NCBI RefSeq assembly: GCF_006345805.1
Contig: NC_042998.1
Coordinates: 51,212,001 to 51,276,000 of the forward strand
DNA length: 64,000 nt
Direction: 5' to 3'
Origin: Octopus sinensis
Taxonomy: Eukaryota
Shown here: positions 49,383-62,213 of the stretch, piece by piece
Position numbering within the stretch: the first letter of the stretch is position 1
Layout: each line of letters starts with the position of its first letter
Translations under genes and position numbers: made by a program
The notes under the pieces: generated by a model
What the model saw: the letters and a program-made list of their open reading frames with translations, nothing else
Database searches by the model: none
Told to the model about the DNA's origin: nothing

Positions 49383-49714
49383 CTATGCAAGTACATCACC
49401 GTAACTTGTAAATTGATTTAGTTATTATTCTTATTAAATATAATACATACATGAGTTTACCTCGCTCTGCTTTTACCAACTTAACAAATCAAACCAATAA
49501 TAGTTAGAAATAGCTGTCAAATCTCCCTCAAAGTACATCCAGTTATCTTTGAAAAAAAGAAATACACATCATATGATGATCCTAGATGATCTGAATAGAA
49601 CAGTAAGGGACCAGCACAGAAAGCCCTTGTTATAGATCTTCTTCATCAAGACAGAATTTAGAGTAAAAAAACGAACTGTTACAGCACTACAATATTATTG
49701 TAGTACACACTACA

Positions 49715-49998
49715 ATTGCTGAAGTGGATGAAGCACTGAAGAACAACCTCAGGATGCTGAACCTTTCAGGTGAGATGACAAAGTACTGAGATACCTGGTG
49801 CTTTGCCATACTCATGAAGACCTGTGCTCCACAGTAGAAGTGTTAAGACCAATTCTTCTGGTAGTGTAAAGCACTCATGGTAGTGCCATATAAACGTGTC
49901 CAAGCAGTGTCATGTAAAAGTGCCAATGTAGTGACATGTAAAAGCGACCATGCGGTGTCACATAAAAGTGCCCATGTGGTACCACATGAAAGCTCCCA
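49715..49998 (+). mobile_element. RTE-P-related 3' fragment with 24-bp tandem repeats
   Basis: DEALKNNLRMLNLSGEMTKY*DTWCFAILMKT resembles the RTE-P ORF end; then 5-6 units like gtgcccatgtggtaccacatgaaa. Confidence 0.6.
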
Positions 49999-49999
49999 T

Positions 50000-51380
50000 G
50001 TTGGTTGGCATCCTTTTTGTCTCGGGAGACAATAGAGTTGCACATAAAATAATCTAGTCCGGCTTTTACATTTCATGTCCTAATACATTTCCTGCTGTGG
50101 CTGTGTAGTCCTATCCTGGACAAACACTCTCTCTGGCAGGTGCCGCAAATGTAGCGAAGACTGTTCCTGGCTGGTTGTAATGTCATAGTTTCTTGTTGAC
50201 GTCTTTTCTTGTCATTCCATTTCTCCCTCTTTTAAGGTACGTCGCCAATCTCCACGGTTGCTGGCAACTGCTTCTCAATTGCTAATATTGATGTTGCAGG
50301 CCTTCATGTCCCTTTTGCAAACCTCCTTGTATTGTAAGAATGGTCTTCCCACAGACCTAGTACCCCTAGCAAGCTCTCCGTAGAGTATGTCCTTGGGGAT
50401 TCTGCCATCTTTCATATGGCTAACATGCCCAAGCCATTTCATACGTCTTTGTGTGAGGAGTGCAAACATGCTTGGTATTCCTGCTTGCTTGAGGACATCT
50501 TTGTTGGGGACATGATTCTGCTATTTGATGCGAAGGATTTTCCGGAGGCAGTGCAGGTGAAAAATGTTTAGGCGACGCTCTTGGCGTGTGTATGGCGTCC
50601 AAGTCTCACTTCCATACAGTAGAGTGCTAAATACACATGCCTGTAGATCTTCATTTTCGTGGTCTTGGTCAGCTTATTGTTGTCCCATGCCCGTTTGGAG
50701 AGTTGGGCCATTGCAGCAGCTGCCTTGCCAATGCGTATATTGAGCTCAGCATCAAGGGATAGGTTGTAGGTGACAATAGAGCCAAGATAGGTAAACCTCT
50801 CCACCTCCTGTAATCTGTGGTCTCCAATATGTATGTGTGGGATGTCTGATGTAGCCTGACCCATGATGTTGGTCTTCTTGAGGCTGATAACTAAGCCAAA
50901 GTCGTTACATGCTTGCTCAAAACGGTTGATGAGCCTTTGGAGGGCTTCTTCTGTGTGTGATACCAGAGCGGCATCATCAGCAAATAGCATCTCCTTGATC
51001 AGGGCGCTTCTGATTTTGGTCTTGGCATGCAGGCATGAGAGATTGAACAGTTTCCCATCACTTCTACTGTGTAGAAACACTCCATCATCTGATGTCTGAA
51101 AGGCATGTGAGAGCAAGAGCAAGAAGAAGATGCCAAATAATGTAAGAGCAAGGACACAACCTTGCTTTACCCCATTTTTTATTTGGAAGGCGGCTGATGT
51201 TGAACCATTGTGCTGTATGGTGCCTTGCATATCATCATGGAAAGACTTGATGATCCTCAGCAGCTTTGGTGGACATCCAATTTTTTGGAGCAGAATGAAG
51301 AGGCCTTTTCTACTTACCAAGTCAAAGGCCTTCGTCAGATCAATGAAGGCCATATATAATGGCATTTTCTGCTCTCTGCA
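50000..51380 (-). mobile_element. RTE (BovB-like) LINE, 5'-truncated, RT core nearly intact
   Basis: ORF 50568-51365: AFIDLTKAFD...GVKQGCVLA...MLFADDAAL...FTYLGS; after a frameshift MKWLGHVSHM..GRIPKDILYGEL; C-terminal CGTCQRECLSRIGLHSHSRKC; tail attgtctcccgagacaaaaaggatgccaaccaac. Confidence 0.95.
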
Positions 51381-53160
51381 GTAGTTCTGTCATCAAAGTG
51401 TTGTAGCTTAAGGAAGCACGTGCCAGTCTTGGGAGTATGATGGTTCTTCTGGGGTTTATTGATCTTGATATTCTTTAGGCGCTATTATTTAGCTAAAGAT
51501 GGTGGGTGGCCATTGAGGGTTAGGTCTCTGAGGAACTGCTTGGTGTTGACGGCTTTGTCAGTCATGTTGCTGCAATTGTTGTTTATACGAGCAATCTCAT
51601 TTCTCATGTATGTGGCTTTAGCTCTGGTGAGTAAGGCTGATTGGTAGTAGATGAAAAGTTTTCTATTAGTGGCTTTTCTGTAGAATTTGGTAAATATGGA
51701 GCCTTCCTCTGTCATCTTGATTTGAAAGTCGAGTAGAGTGAGGGTTCCAGATTCATCTGGATGTTCAATCTCAAATTTGATGTTTATGTCTGTGTTATTG
51801 AAGGTCCAGTGTATGTTAATGGCTTCATCCCTGGAGGACATGATGATAAGGATGTCATCAACATACCTAGAGAAGAAGATGCATGAGCAGCAGGTGTTGA
51901 GTGCTGTGTGTTGTAGCTTATCCATGTACATGATGGCCAGCAGGCCTGAAAGGCTAGATCCCATAGGTAGGCCGAAAGTCTGTTTGTAAATCACACCATT
52001 ATATTGGAAGTAGGTGTGACCAACTATAATGGTTAGTAACTTTCGTATGTCCAAGGGTGTGACACCGACAAGCTGGAGGTTGATGGATGGGGAGGTGAGA
52101 GAAGATAGAGAGGAGAAGGTTGCAGGGGGAGGGGGGGAGATGTGGATTGAGATAAGGACATGATGTGGTCTATGAGGATATCAATGGCTGGGAGATCGGG
52201 TACAGAGGTGTAGAGGGAAACTACATCTAAACTAAAAGGGTATTTGTTAGTTTTAAGTATGGAGGGGTCGATATCTTTGAGTCCTGTGAAGATTTCGTGG
52301 GAGCTTCTGACATGTCTGGGGAATGCATGTAGTAAGGGCTTGAGAAGTTTAGAGAGGAGTCAAGAAATCTTGTAGAAAGGACCGTTAATTCCTCATACTA
52401 TGGGTCTGATTTTAAGCTTAGGTCCGGGTTTGTGGGTTTTTATTAAATGGTAGAAGGATGGAAGGGTGTTGTTTTTAGATGTGTAGTTCAGTCTAGCCTT
52501 CTGAGAGAGATTCCTTTGGTGACAGATGTTGGTCTTGCTGATGTCAATGGTGGATTCCAGTTGGTGAGGTGTGAAGTGGACCTTTTCATATAGCGTGGTG
52601 TCACTGAGGTGGTCAATAGCTAGTTTGTCGTAGGTGGGTTTGTCTATAATACAGAATTCTTTCCCTTTGTCTGAATGTAAGTAGATGAGGTTTTTGTTTC
52701 TTAAGTTTTGAAAGGTCAGGAATTGGGATTTAGTAAGGCTATGTGAGGGGGAAGAGTGTTTATCTAATATGTTAAATATGGATTGTTTAAGTCTAGCTAG
52801 TTTGGTGTTGAGTTCGGGGTTGTGAGGGGGAGAGTGGAGTGGGTTATTGAAGTGGTAGACGAGGACTTTAAGTGTAGCAGAGGAGGAGGTTGAAGAAGAA
52901 GAAAGAGATGATGATGATGATGAAGATGGCGAAGATGACTATGAGGAAGATGTAAGGGCGTTGGAGGGGGAGGAGGAGGTAGGAGATAAAGGGGTAGATG
53001 ATGACAATGACGCTGATGAAGACGGTGATGGAGAAGAAGATGTAGATGATGGTGAGGGTAATATTGGCGATGATGTCTACAGTGAAGATATTGGCAGCGA
53101 TGATGATGAAGACGAAGATGATGTGGGGGGGAGGGGGTTTAAGGGCCGTAATCCACTTTA
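51381..53160 (-). mobile_element. Penelope-like element: Ser/Pro-rich N-terminus and RT, lacking GIY-YIG
   Basis: Minus strand: HSDKGKEFCIID, FYHLIKTHK..LKIRPIV, SLDVVSLYTSVP, ORF 51485-52054 YKQTFGLPMGSSLSG...RYVDDIL...LLDFQI...FYRKAT; homology stops at ~51381. Confidence 0.9.
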
Positions 53161-53487
53161 GTTGAGTAAAGAACACACAAGCTCAATTTTCTAAAGAACA
53201 CAGAGCTCAAGAACACAAGACTCCACCTGGTCCAGGAAATGAACTCACTACATTATGATTATGAGCATAACACCTTAACCACTATGCTACATGCTAAGAA
53301 CCTTAAATATTTATGTTGACAGAGATAATCACTACCAATCAATGCAGAGTTAAAAGCATTATTATGGCTTACTATCATGCAACCTTGTGATTGTAAAGTA
53401 AACTTTTTAAGTGCATCTTGCCAAACTACTTTTGCTTTTCATCCCTTTCAGGGTTGATAAAAAAAGAAAATACAAATCCTGTCCTAA

Positions 53488-53533
<46 letters not shown>

Positions 53534-54542
53534 CACACACTTCCTGCTGGTAAAAAAAAAAACAACGCAATGTCCCTCGCAAGCCATAGGCTCATGTGAT
53601 TGGTCTCCTGGATTCCGTAACATATATAATACTGGCACTCCATCAGTTATGACAATGAGGACTCCAAGTGGCTGAGTGTTCCACAGACACATGATGATTT
53701 ACTCAGAATGATTCAGAGTGTTCCACAGACCCTTGATGATTTACTCAGAGTGATTCAGCATGTCACAGAATGTGACAAGGCTTGACCCTTGAAATAAAGG
53801 TCCAACTAACTCACTTTTGCAAGCATATACATTCTCCCTCTGGACACCAGACCATTGCAAGATGGACTGGTGACAGCTGAATGGATTGGAGCAATCTGAA
53901 ACTACGTGTTTTGCTCAAGATCACAATGCGTTGTCTGGTTCAGGAATCGAAACCACAATCTTATGATCAGGAAGGCAACACACTAACCATTAAACCATAT
54001 GCCTCCACCCTCCAACTGTCATAACCTGGACATTCCACTAAATCAAATGTTAGAGGACCAAAAGGGTATCTATGTTGATTACATGAGCAACTAAATGATT
54101 AGAAAAAGCATAGTATTAAGTAGAAACTTGATATGGGATAAGCAGACAGTAGGATAAATCTTCAGAGGAAGAATTCCCATCTCACACTCAAAGGAAGCCA
54201 TGTTTATGGGTGTCCTCTTGCTGTTTTTGAAATGCCACTATTAGTGGAGATAAAACTCTGAACTTTTGGGTGATTTTTATCAGAACTATTTGGACTGAGA
54301 GTGGAATTTGAACTCAGAATGTAAAATCAGAAGAAATGCTACTAAACAATTTGTCTGGTATGCAAACATTTCTGCAAGCAGCTCGGTACCCTTAGTGGAT
54401 TTAATAATGAAATAATGGAATCGGTTTGAAATTTCAAGAATATGAGCAGCACTTTAAGAAGGTCAGAAGCCAGATTGGCCAAAATATTGTGACCATAATA
54501 AGCAAGATAAGGACACAATTCCTAAAATATCAGTCTACATTG

Positions 54543-54574
<32 letters not shown>

Positions 54575-55828
54575 CATGCGTGTGTGTGTGTGTGCACTCA
54601 TATACATGCTAAAATAATTTTCAGCTGAAGATGAATCTAATAATATGAAAGATTCTAAATTGAGGTCTTCAAAACTTAATTATTACTTTTGATGTTTTTA
54701 TAGTAGGTTTATGACAGATACATTAAGGTAAGGTAAGATTATACAAACGCATGTATACATACATATGTATGGGTGTATATATATGAATCAATGTATGTAT
54801 ATATCTATGTATGTACGTACATATGTATGCATTCATGTATGTATGTACATATGTATGTGTGTGTATGCTTGTATATTATGTATATATTTGTATATATGTG
54901 TATTATATATGTATATATTTATATGCATGTATATTATGTATGTAGATATATGTATGTATGTATGCATGCATGCATGTATGTACGTGTGTATGTAAAGAAT
55001 GTATGTATTTATCAATATTTATGTATGTATTTATGTATGTATGTATTTAACTGTATGTATGTATGTGTGTATATGTGTATGTATGTTTGTGTGTGTGAAT
55101 ATATGCATGTATGAATGTATGTATGTATGTATGTATTATGTATGTATGTATGTATGTACATATAAAATCTGAGAAATAGACTAACACACTCTCTTGCCAA
55201 ATTTTGTCTTAGGTCTGAGATGTTTATTGCTGCTACTAAAAGATCCATCAAGCAATCTATTGCCTATTGATTACAGGGCAAAATTGGCTTTGATCTTTTG
55301 AATGCAGAACAACTGTGTACTGCAATTTCTTCTACAAGACCAAAATCATAATTCCATCTCATTTTGAATAGCAGTAATTATGGAAATTTAGACACATATT
55401 TAAAGAAGAAATTGGTGCTATTCCTTAGTATTTAAACTGGTCAAGCACTTCAAAATAGACAGATAAACACTATTTCACTTACCTGCTTATGTCACAAACA
55501 TTCTTATCTTCTTAACCAGTTTTCTTCTTTCAATTCTTTGATACACACACACACAAACACATGCACACGCACACACATACACACACACATGCACGCACAA
55601 GTACACACAAGCACACACACATGCACGCACAAGTACACACAAGCACACACACATGCATGCATACATACACGCATACACATAGGTGTATGTATAGCTTAGC
55701 TATAGAATTCAATAGAATCTAGGCCTATCAACATGTAGGATACCAGAAATGGCTAGGTACAATATGAATACATCAATAAAATTCTACCAAAATAGCCATC
55801 ATAAATTTAAAACCCTATTTGTGTTCTC

Positions 55829-55864
<36 letters not shown>

Positions 55865-57689
55865 TATTAGGGTAATTGGAATTATAGAAATTATTATTAC
55901 CAGCGGCCTTGCACACAAAAAAATTAGTCAATAAAAATATTGTGTACATTAAAACACATTAAGAGGCCTCCAAATAGGAAAGCCTTGTGCTAGAAAGAGC
56001 AGTAGAAAACTCAAACCACTAATTAGGGATAAATTCTCGAAAGGAGTGAAAATTAAAACATTTGTATTTTATACATATATATATATCAGGTAATGAGAAT
56101 GAGTGCCCAACACCGCACTGATGGATAAAGGTTTCTTATTTGCATGATAAGGCAACCATTCGTTTCATGTTAAGGAAATTCTCAACAATTATTCAAGCCA
56201 ATCACATAGAAAAATTAGTGTTTGTCTTCATTGTGACTAAATCGAATAATTGTTGAGAATTTCCTTAACATAAAACCAATGGTAACCTTTATAAACACAC
56301 ACACACACACACACACATGAACACATGCATGTACATATGCATGCACGCACACACACACACACACCACACACACACATGAACACATGCATGTACATATGCA
56401 TGCACGCACACACACACACACACACACATACATATATATATACTTAGCTACATACATATATAAATCCATACACATACACACACACACACATATATGTGTA
56501 GGCAAAGTGGCTGAGCTCCTTTCGAGTGTTGGGCCTCACGAAAGCAATGACCACGACCTTTGGCATTATGTCGGGCTTGAGAAGGAAACCCATCAAATCG
56601 AACAAAATCACAGTTGTGGCAGATACCAGTGTCATGCAAATGGCACCCGTGCCAGTGGAATGTAAAAGCACCCATTACACTAGCAGAGTGGTTGGTGTTA
56701 GAAAGGTCATCCAGCTGCATCTAACCCATGCCAGCATGGACAATAGACGTTAAATGATGATGATGATGTGTGTATGTATATATATATATATTTACATATC
56801 TATATGTATATACATATAGTTAACAGTTTATTTTGAATTGTTTCCAAGCCATAAGCATTTAATGTCATATAATTAATTGTAAATATATTCAGTTTGTTTG
56901 CAGTTGGGTCATTTTATTTGCATTAGTAATTTGTTATAAGTTGGAAGTTTTTGTCGTATCTGTATCATTTTATATCATTTATTTATTTTATTTCATTTCA
57001 TTTTTATAATTTTTATGTTTTAATAAGGAATTTATTCAGTTAATTTGTTTTCTATTATTAGACATATATTTAATAGATATTGATCTTTGCTAGTCTTTTC
57101 CTTTGTAGATGGTTCGAGGATGTTGGTGAAAATGTTTATTGTTCTGCTAGTTCGTTTTTGTTTGATATTTGTGTGTTTTCATATGTATAATGTATTATAG
57201 AATGCAATGAAATCTTTAGAAAAACCAAAGTGAAATAGAGTTACTTCCCTTGGTATTATAGAGAAGGTCAAATGCATGTGCTCAGTTTAACTTCATACTA
57301 ACTGGGCTTACTTTCAATTAAATCTCTATTAATTTCCTTTTAATAAGAGCTGCTACATACCTTCATCATTGAGTTGGATTGTCTGTGTATGTGTGTGAGT
57401 GTATGTTTACAGGTTGCTTACTTAGGAGGATCCTTTGAGATAGTAGATAGTTTGGTAGCAAGGTGACCTAATCAGCAGTGAAGGATTTTCTAAAATTATA
57501 GTTGCTTGTATAAGAACTAGCTGGAGAAAGTTCAAAGAGCTATTCCTTCTGTTGGTAACTAAAGGCATCTCTCTCTCTCTTGCTCTCTCTCACATACACA
57601 CACACACATACACACACACAATGAAAAGCAAATTGTATAATACATGTATACAAAAAATGGGCTTTGAATACAGAGGGCATATGAAAGCT

Positions 57690-58010
57690 AGAAAACAAAA
57701 TGAAGCTAGCATGTTCTGCTGGATGTACAATGTCAGTGTACAGGTACAACAAAATACAAATGTGTCAAAAGATAAGTTGAACATAAGAGACATCAGATGT
57801 TCCAGACAAGTGACTGTGCTGACAAAGGTGTATAATGTATACAAATGAGGAGACAACTGCATAGAAGTAATTCAGAAATGGTAATCCCAGAATGATGTGG
57901 AACAAAGTAGTGAGGAGTGACCTCAAGATTCTGAACCTCATGGTGGAGATAAGGGATAAAGAGGATTAGCAACTCACTAAGCTTGAGAGGATCAGTCCAA
58001 CTCGAAGTTT
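57690..58010 (+). mobile_element. Decayed RTE-P coding fragment
   Basis: NEASMFCWMYNVSV...KDKLNIRDIRC aligns with the RTE-P segment at ~6850-6960. Confidence 0.6.
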
Positions 58011-58864
58011 TAAAAGCAATCATATATGTCAGTGCTTCCCAACCTTTTCACTACTAATATCATCCCTTACTACTTTATTTTCCACTCAATGCCCTTTTCT
58101 CCCGAAAACCCTGTTTCCACCCCTACATACCTCCAACCTCTATTTCTGTCACTATACATCCTTCTCATGCACCCCCACATTCCACATTATCTCTATTTCT
58201 CATCTGCCTGCAGTTATTGCATATCATTGCTCTACACATGCCTTTTTTTGTATAGCAACTTATCACATCCACCAGACTGACCAAGACCCTCCCCTATTTC
58301 CTTCACATGCATACACACCCACTCTAAACTGATATTCATCACTGACCACACAACCACCTACATTCACCATTCACTGCATTCATTGTATTCACCTCTGTCC
58401 CCAAGTCTAACCATCTCTTACTGTTCTTTCACACACTCATGAACCTGCCAACTCATCCAACCTTTCTGATCCTTTCCCTTTCTCTCTTTATTCCCTCTTG
58501 TAATCTCTGCTTTGTAACTTTATTTCTTTATTGCCCACAAGGGGATAAACATAGAAGGGACAAACAAGGACAGACGAAGGGATTAAGTCGATTACATCGA
58601 CCCCAATGCGTAACTGGTACTTAATTTATCAACCCTGAAAAGATGAAAAGCAATGTTGACTTTGGTGGAATTTGAACTCAGAACGTAACGACAGACAAAA
58701 TACTGCTAAGCATTTCATCCGGCACGCTAATGTCGCTGCCAGCTTGCTGCTGAAGCTATGCCCTGATATTTCGTTGCCACCGTCTTGTTTTTTTCCAACT
58801 GTGACAGCCATGTACCTACTATAGAGCAAGACAGCAAAAGCACCTGTTCCTGTTCTATCACACA

Positions 58865-59115
58865 GGGGTCAGCTAAAAAGTTCATCACTAACCAGCCTGC
58901 TTTCATAGAATATGACCAAGAAGTTTATTTTTTCAACATAGTAGCCCTTGCACTCCACAAAATTCTTCCATCAGTGTTGCAGTGATTGGATCCCATTGGT
59001 GAAGAGGCTTTCATCCTATTGGTGAAAAATATTCATCAACAGCAGATATGACCTCATCAACACTGAGATACTGGTTCTCAGCCAAGTGTTTTTTCATGCC
59101 TGAGAACAGATGATA
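58865..59115 (-). mobile_element. Mariner 3'-end fragment
   Basis: Minus strand LFTNGIQSLQH*WKNFVECKGYYVEK (the typical GIxxLxxRWxKCVxxxGxYVEK end) followed by a TIR-like ttagctgacccc. Confidence 0.65.
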
Positions 59116-59873
59116 CAACATCTAGCATAAAGCCACCTCCCTCATTACTACACTCAAATACACTGCTTGTCTTGTAAGTTATATGGTGACCTTACAGGTA
59201 CCATTGCCTAGAAAAATATCCAGTACATTCTGTGAAAAAATTGGCATTAGGAAGGGTTTCCAACTCTAGAATCACTGGAATTCAACACAGTCTTCTTGCC
59301 TGTCAAAACCTGTTGAATACTCCAACCCATAACAGTATAGAAGATGAAAAATAGAAGGTAATGAAAGCAACGATGTAGATGATGATGATGATGATGATGT
59401 GTGAGTGTGCATATGTAAATTATATATTTGATATTAGTGATGGAAGCAGTATCGTATGTATGTATATACATACATATTACATATAAGAAACATAAATTAC
59501 TGCTACTTATCCTCAAGTACTGAAAATATTTTTGAAATAAATTATTTCATTTCTTACCTTGCTTCAACAATGCATCAGGTGTTATGATGTTTTATTACTC
59601 ATCTTAAATAAAAACAACAAAAAAATAGAAAAATATATTATTGTTATGAAGATACTAACTGAAAACACAGAGTTCAAGAAATAAATATGATGAAGTAAAA
59701 GAGTTCTGAAGAAAATGGAATCAATGTTTCGGATATGTACATATGTATGTGTTTGTGTTTGTGTGTGTGTGTGTGTGTGTGTATGTGTGTGTGTGTGTAA
59801 GTATGTATATGTATGTGTAATTATTTATATCTGTGTATATATTTATATGTGTGTGTATATGTAAAAGTGTGTG

Positions 59874-59923
<50 letters not shown>

Positions 59924-60070
59924 ATATATCATATATATATATATATATATATCATATATATATATATATATATGTTATATATATATATGTCATATATATA
60001 TATATATATACATGTTATATATATATATATTATATATATATGTCATATATATATATATATATATACATGT

Positions 60071-60105
<35 letters not shown>

Positions 60106-61134
60106 TATATATATGTTATATATATATATATATGTTATATATATATATATGTCATATATATATATATATATACATGTTATATATATATAAATATATATTT
60201 ACATACACATGCACGCACGCACACACACACACACACACACATATTTGTGTGTGTGTGTGTGTACTTTTATTTTTCATTCCTGCAGGAAAGTATTGGCAAA
60301 TGATAGATTTTGTTTAAGATATTTAGTTGTATCTTTTTATTTTGGTATTCTTTTATTTTATTTATTTATTCATGTTTTTATACATTTGCTTTAGCAGAAA
60401 ATCTTCTTCATGAATAACTTATTCCTTGTTACAATAATATAATTTCTAATCAATTTAGAAAATAAAAAACAAAACAATCTTAAATGTCATTCTTTTTTGT
60501 TTTTTCTGAGTCTTTTTTTTTTTTACTTTATCATTTCTCTTACCATATAATTTACTTTTGGAATTATGTTTTTTCTGGCACTTGCCATCAATAATCTTAG
60601 GTCTACAGGTACCAGATATTTTTTTTCCCAAACTCCCACATACTTATAATGGACAGAACCACACACCACCAAACACATACTCACATACACTCACACACAT
60701 TCACAGGAACATGTGTGTGTGTGTGTGTGTGTATGTACTGGCACACAGCATGCATTTGTATTCTTTAAAATTATACCATTTGTTTTTAATTAGCTCAAAA
60801 ATCAATGAATTATACAGAAAATTAATATTTGTTAAAAATATTCTTTTCTAATGATGTAAAAAAATTAAGCAAACAAAAACATTATTATATCAACCATTCT
60901 TAATTATCTGTCATTACATTTATTTATTGGAACAAAAACAAATCATAAAACAATGAATAATTGAAAACAAAAAAAATAACATGCTTGCATCGAAAGCAAA
61001 AGTATTGTAGACTGTTCAAGGAGTAACTGCTTTCAAAATAATTATTGCAGCATGAAGAATGAAGCTATACTTCCAATGAAGATCTCAAACAAGGGTGAAA
61101 CATCAAAAGTTATCTCCCTTAATTGCCATTAAAA

Positions 61135-61703
61135 TCTATATGTATAAAGCTGAAGTTGTCTGTGTATGTGTGTGGCAGGTTTGGTAACCTTCAACTAACA
61201 CTATCTCCTCCAAGACCCTGCAGCGCAAGTTGACCAAAATTGAGAGTATGATAGAAGAAGGCTTGCTCTTCATTCTGTAGAAGAAAAAATTCAAATCAGA
61301 CCATGTTAAGACCAAAAATTATTTACATCAAAAAGGTGTTCTTTTTTCTATAAAACTCCTTATTTTTTACGATTTTTTTATTGCTGTGTCGCCATTTTTC
61401 AGTGTATTTCAACCAGTAAAATGTTCACTTAAAGAGAAAAACAAGCTACATAACGCAAAATTTTTACTTTTCAAACATTTCAATTCTAAAGGGCTGAAAG
61501 TTTTTTTTGTGATGATTGTTGGTTTTGAGTGAACGACGGATCAGCTGATCCAATGCACATTCAGAGCAAACTCGAGCATCGCCACACTATACTTTTATTC
61601 ATAGATTGAAACTATGTCAAAACTTTGTAATCACGACATTTAAGTCTGCCGTTTTAAGCACAACTAAAAAACAAACCCAAGCCACCCCAGGCTATACTGC
61701 TAG
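61135..61703 (+). mobile_element. Non-autonomous Helitron-like element
   Basis: Starts A|TCtatatgtataaagctg and ends ...ccaagccaccccaggctatactgCTAG|T, i.e. TC...CTAG termini at an AT site with no TSD; the 3' hairpin is degenerate. Confidence 0.6.
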
Positions 61704-61730
61704 TAATAATAATAATTATTTCTACTATAG

Positions 61731-61977
61731 CAGTGTTTCTGAACTATTGTTTACTTATGGACCTCTTTGATTCCTATTTTACTTGAATGGACCCATAGCT
61801 ATTCGATGTTTTAAAAATCTTATTATGTTTTTATAATTAAATGTTATTAGGAATTATATTAAAAATTGCTAAAATATTTTGTCTATTGTAGAAGTAAAAG
61901 CCAGCATAAATTTTAACTACAAAATATTACATGGACCCCCAAGAGTCACATGGACCTCTAGTTCGAGAACAAGTCTG
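61731..61977. mobile_element. hAT-like MITE (tentative)
   Basis: Ends cagtgtttctgaact / agttcgagaacaagtctg; flanked by duplicated ctatag. Confidence 0.4.
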
Positions 61978-62174
61978 CTATAGGCTCAAGGCCTGAAATT
62001 TTGGAAGAAGGGGCTAATCAATTACATCAAACCCTTGTGCTAAATTGGTACTTATTTCATTGACCCTGAAAATATGAAAGGCAAAGTTGACCACAGTAGA
62101 ATGTAAAGATGGGACAAAATAACGTTAAGCATTTTGTCCATGCACAAACAATTCTACCAGCTCACCACCTTAAC

Positions 62175-62213
<39 letters not shown>

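Noticed and set aside
52868-53176. Acidic host protein ORF (52961-53161, +)
   Set aside because: Low-complexity GAT/GAA tract that is the antisense of the Ser/Pro-rich upstream part of the minus-strand PLE.
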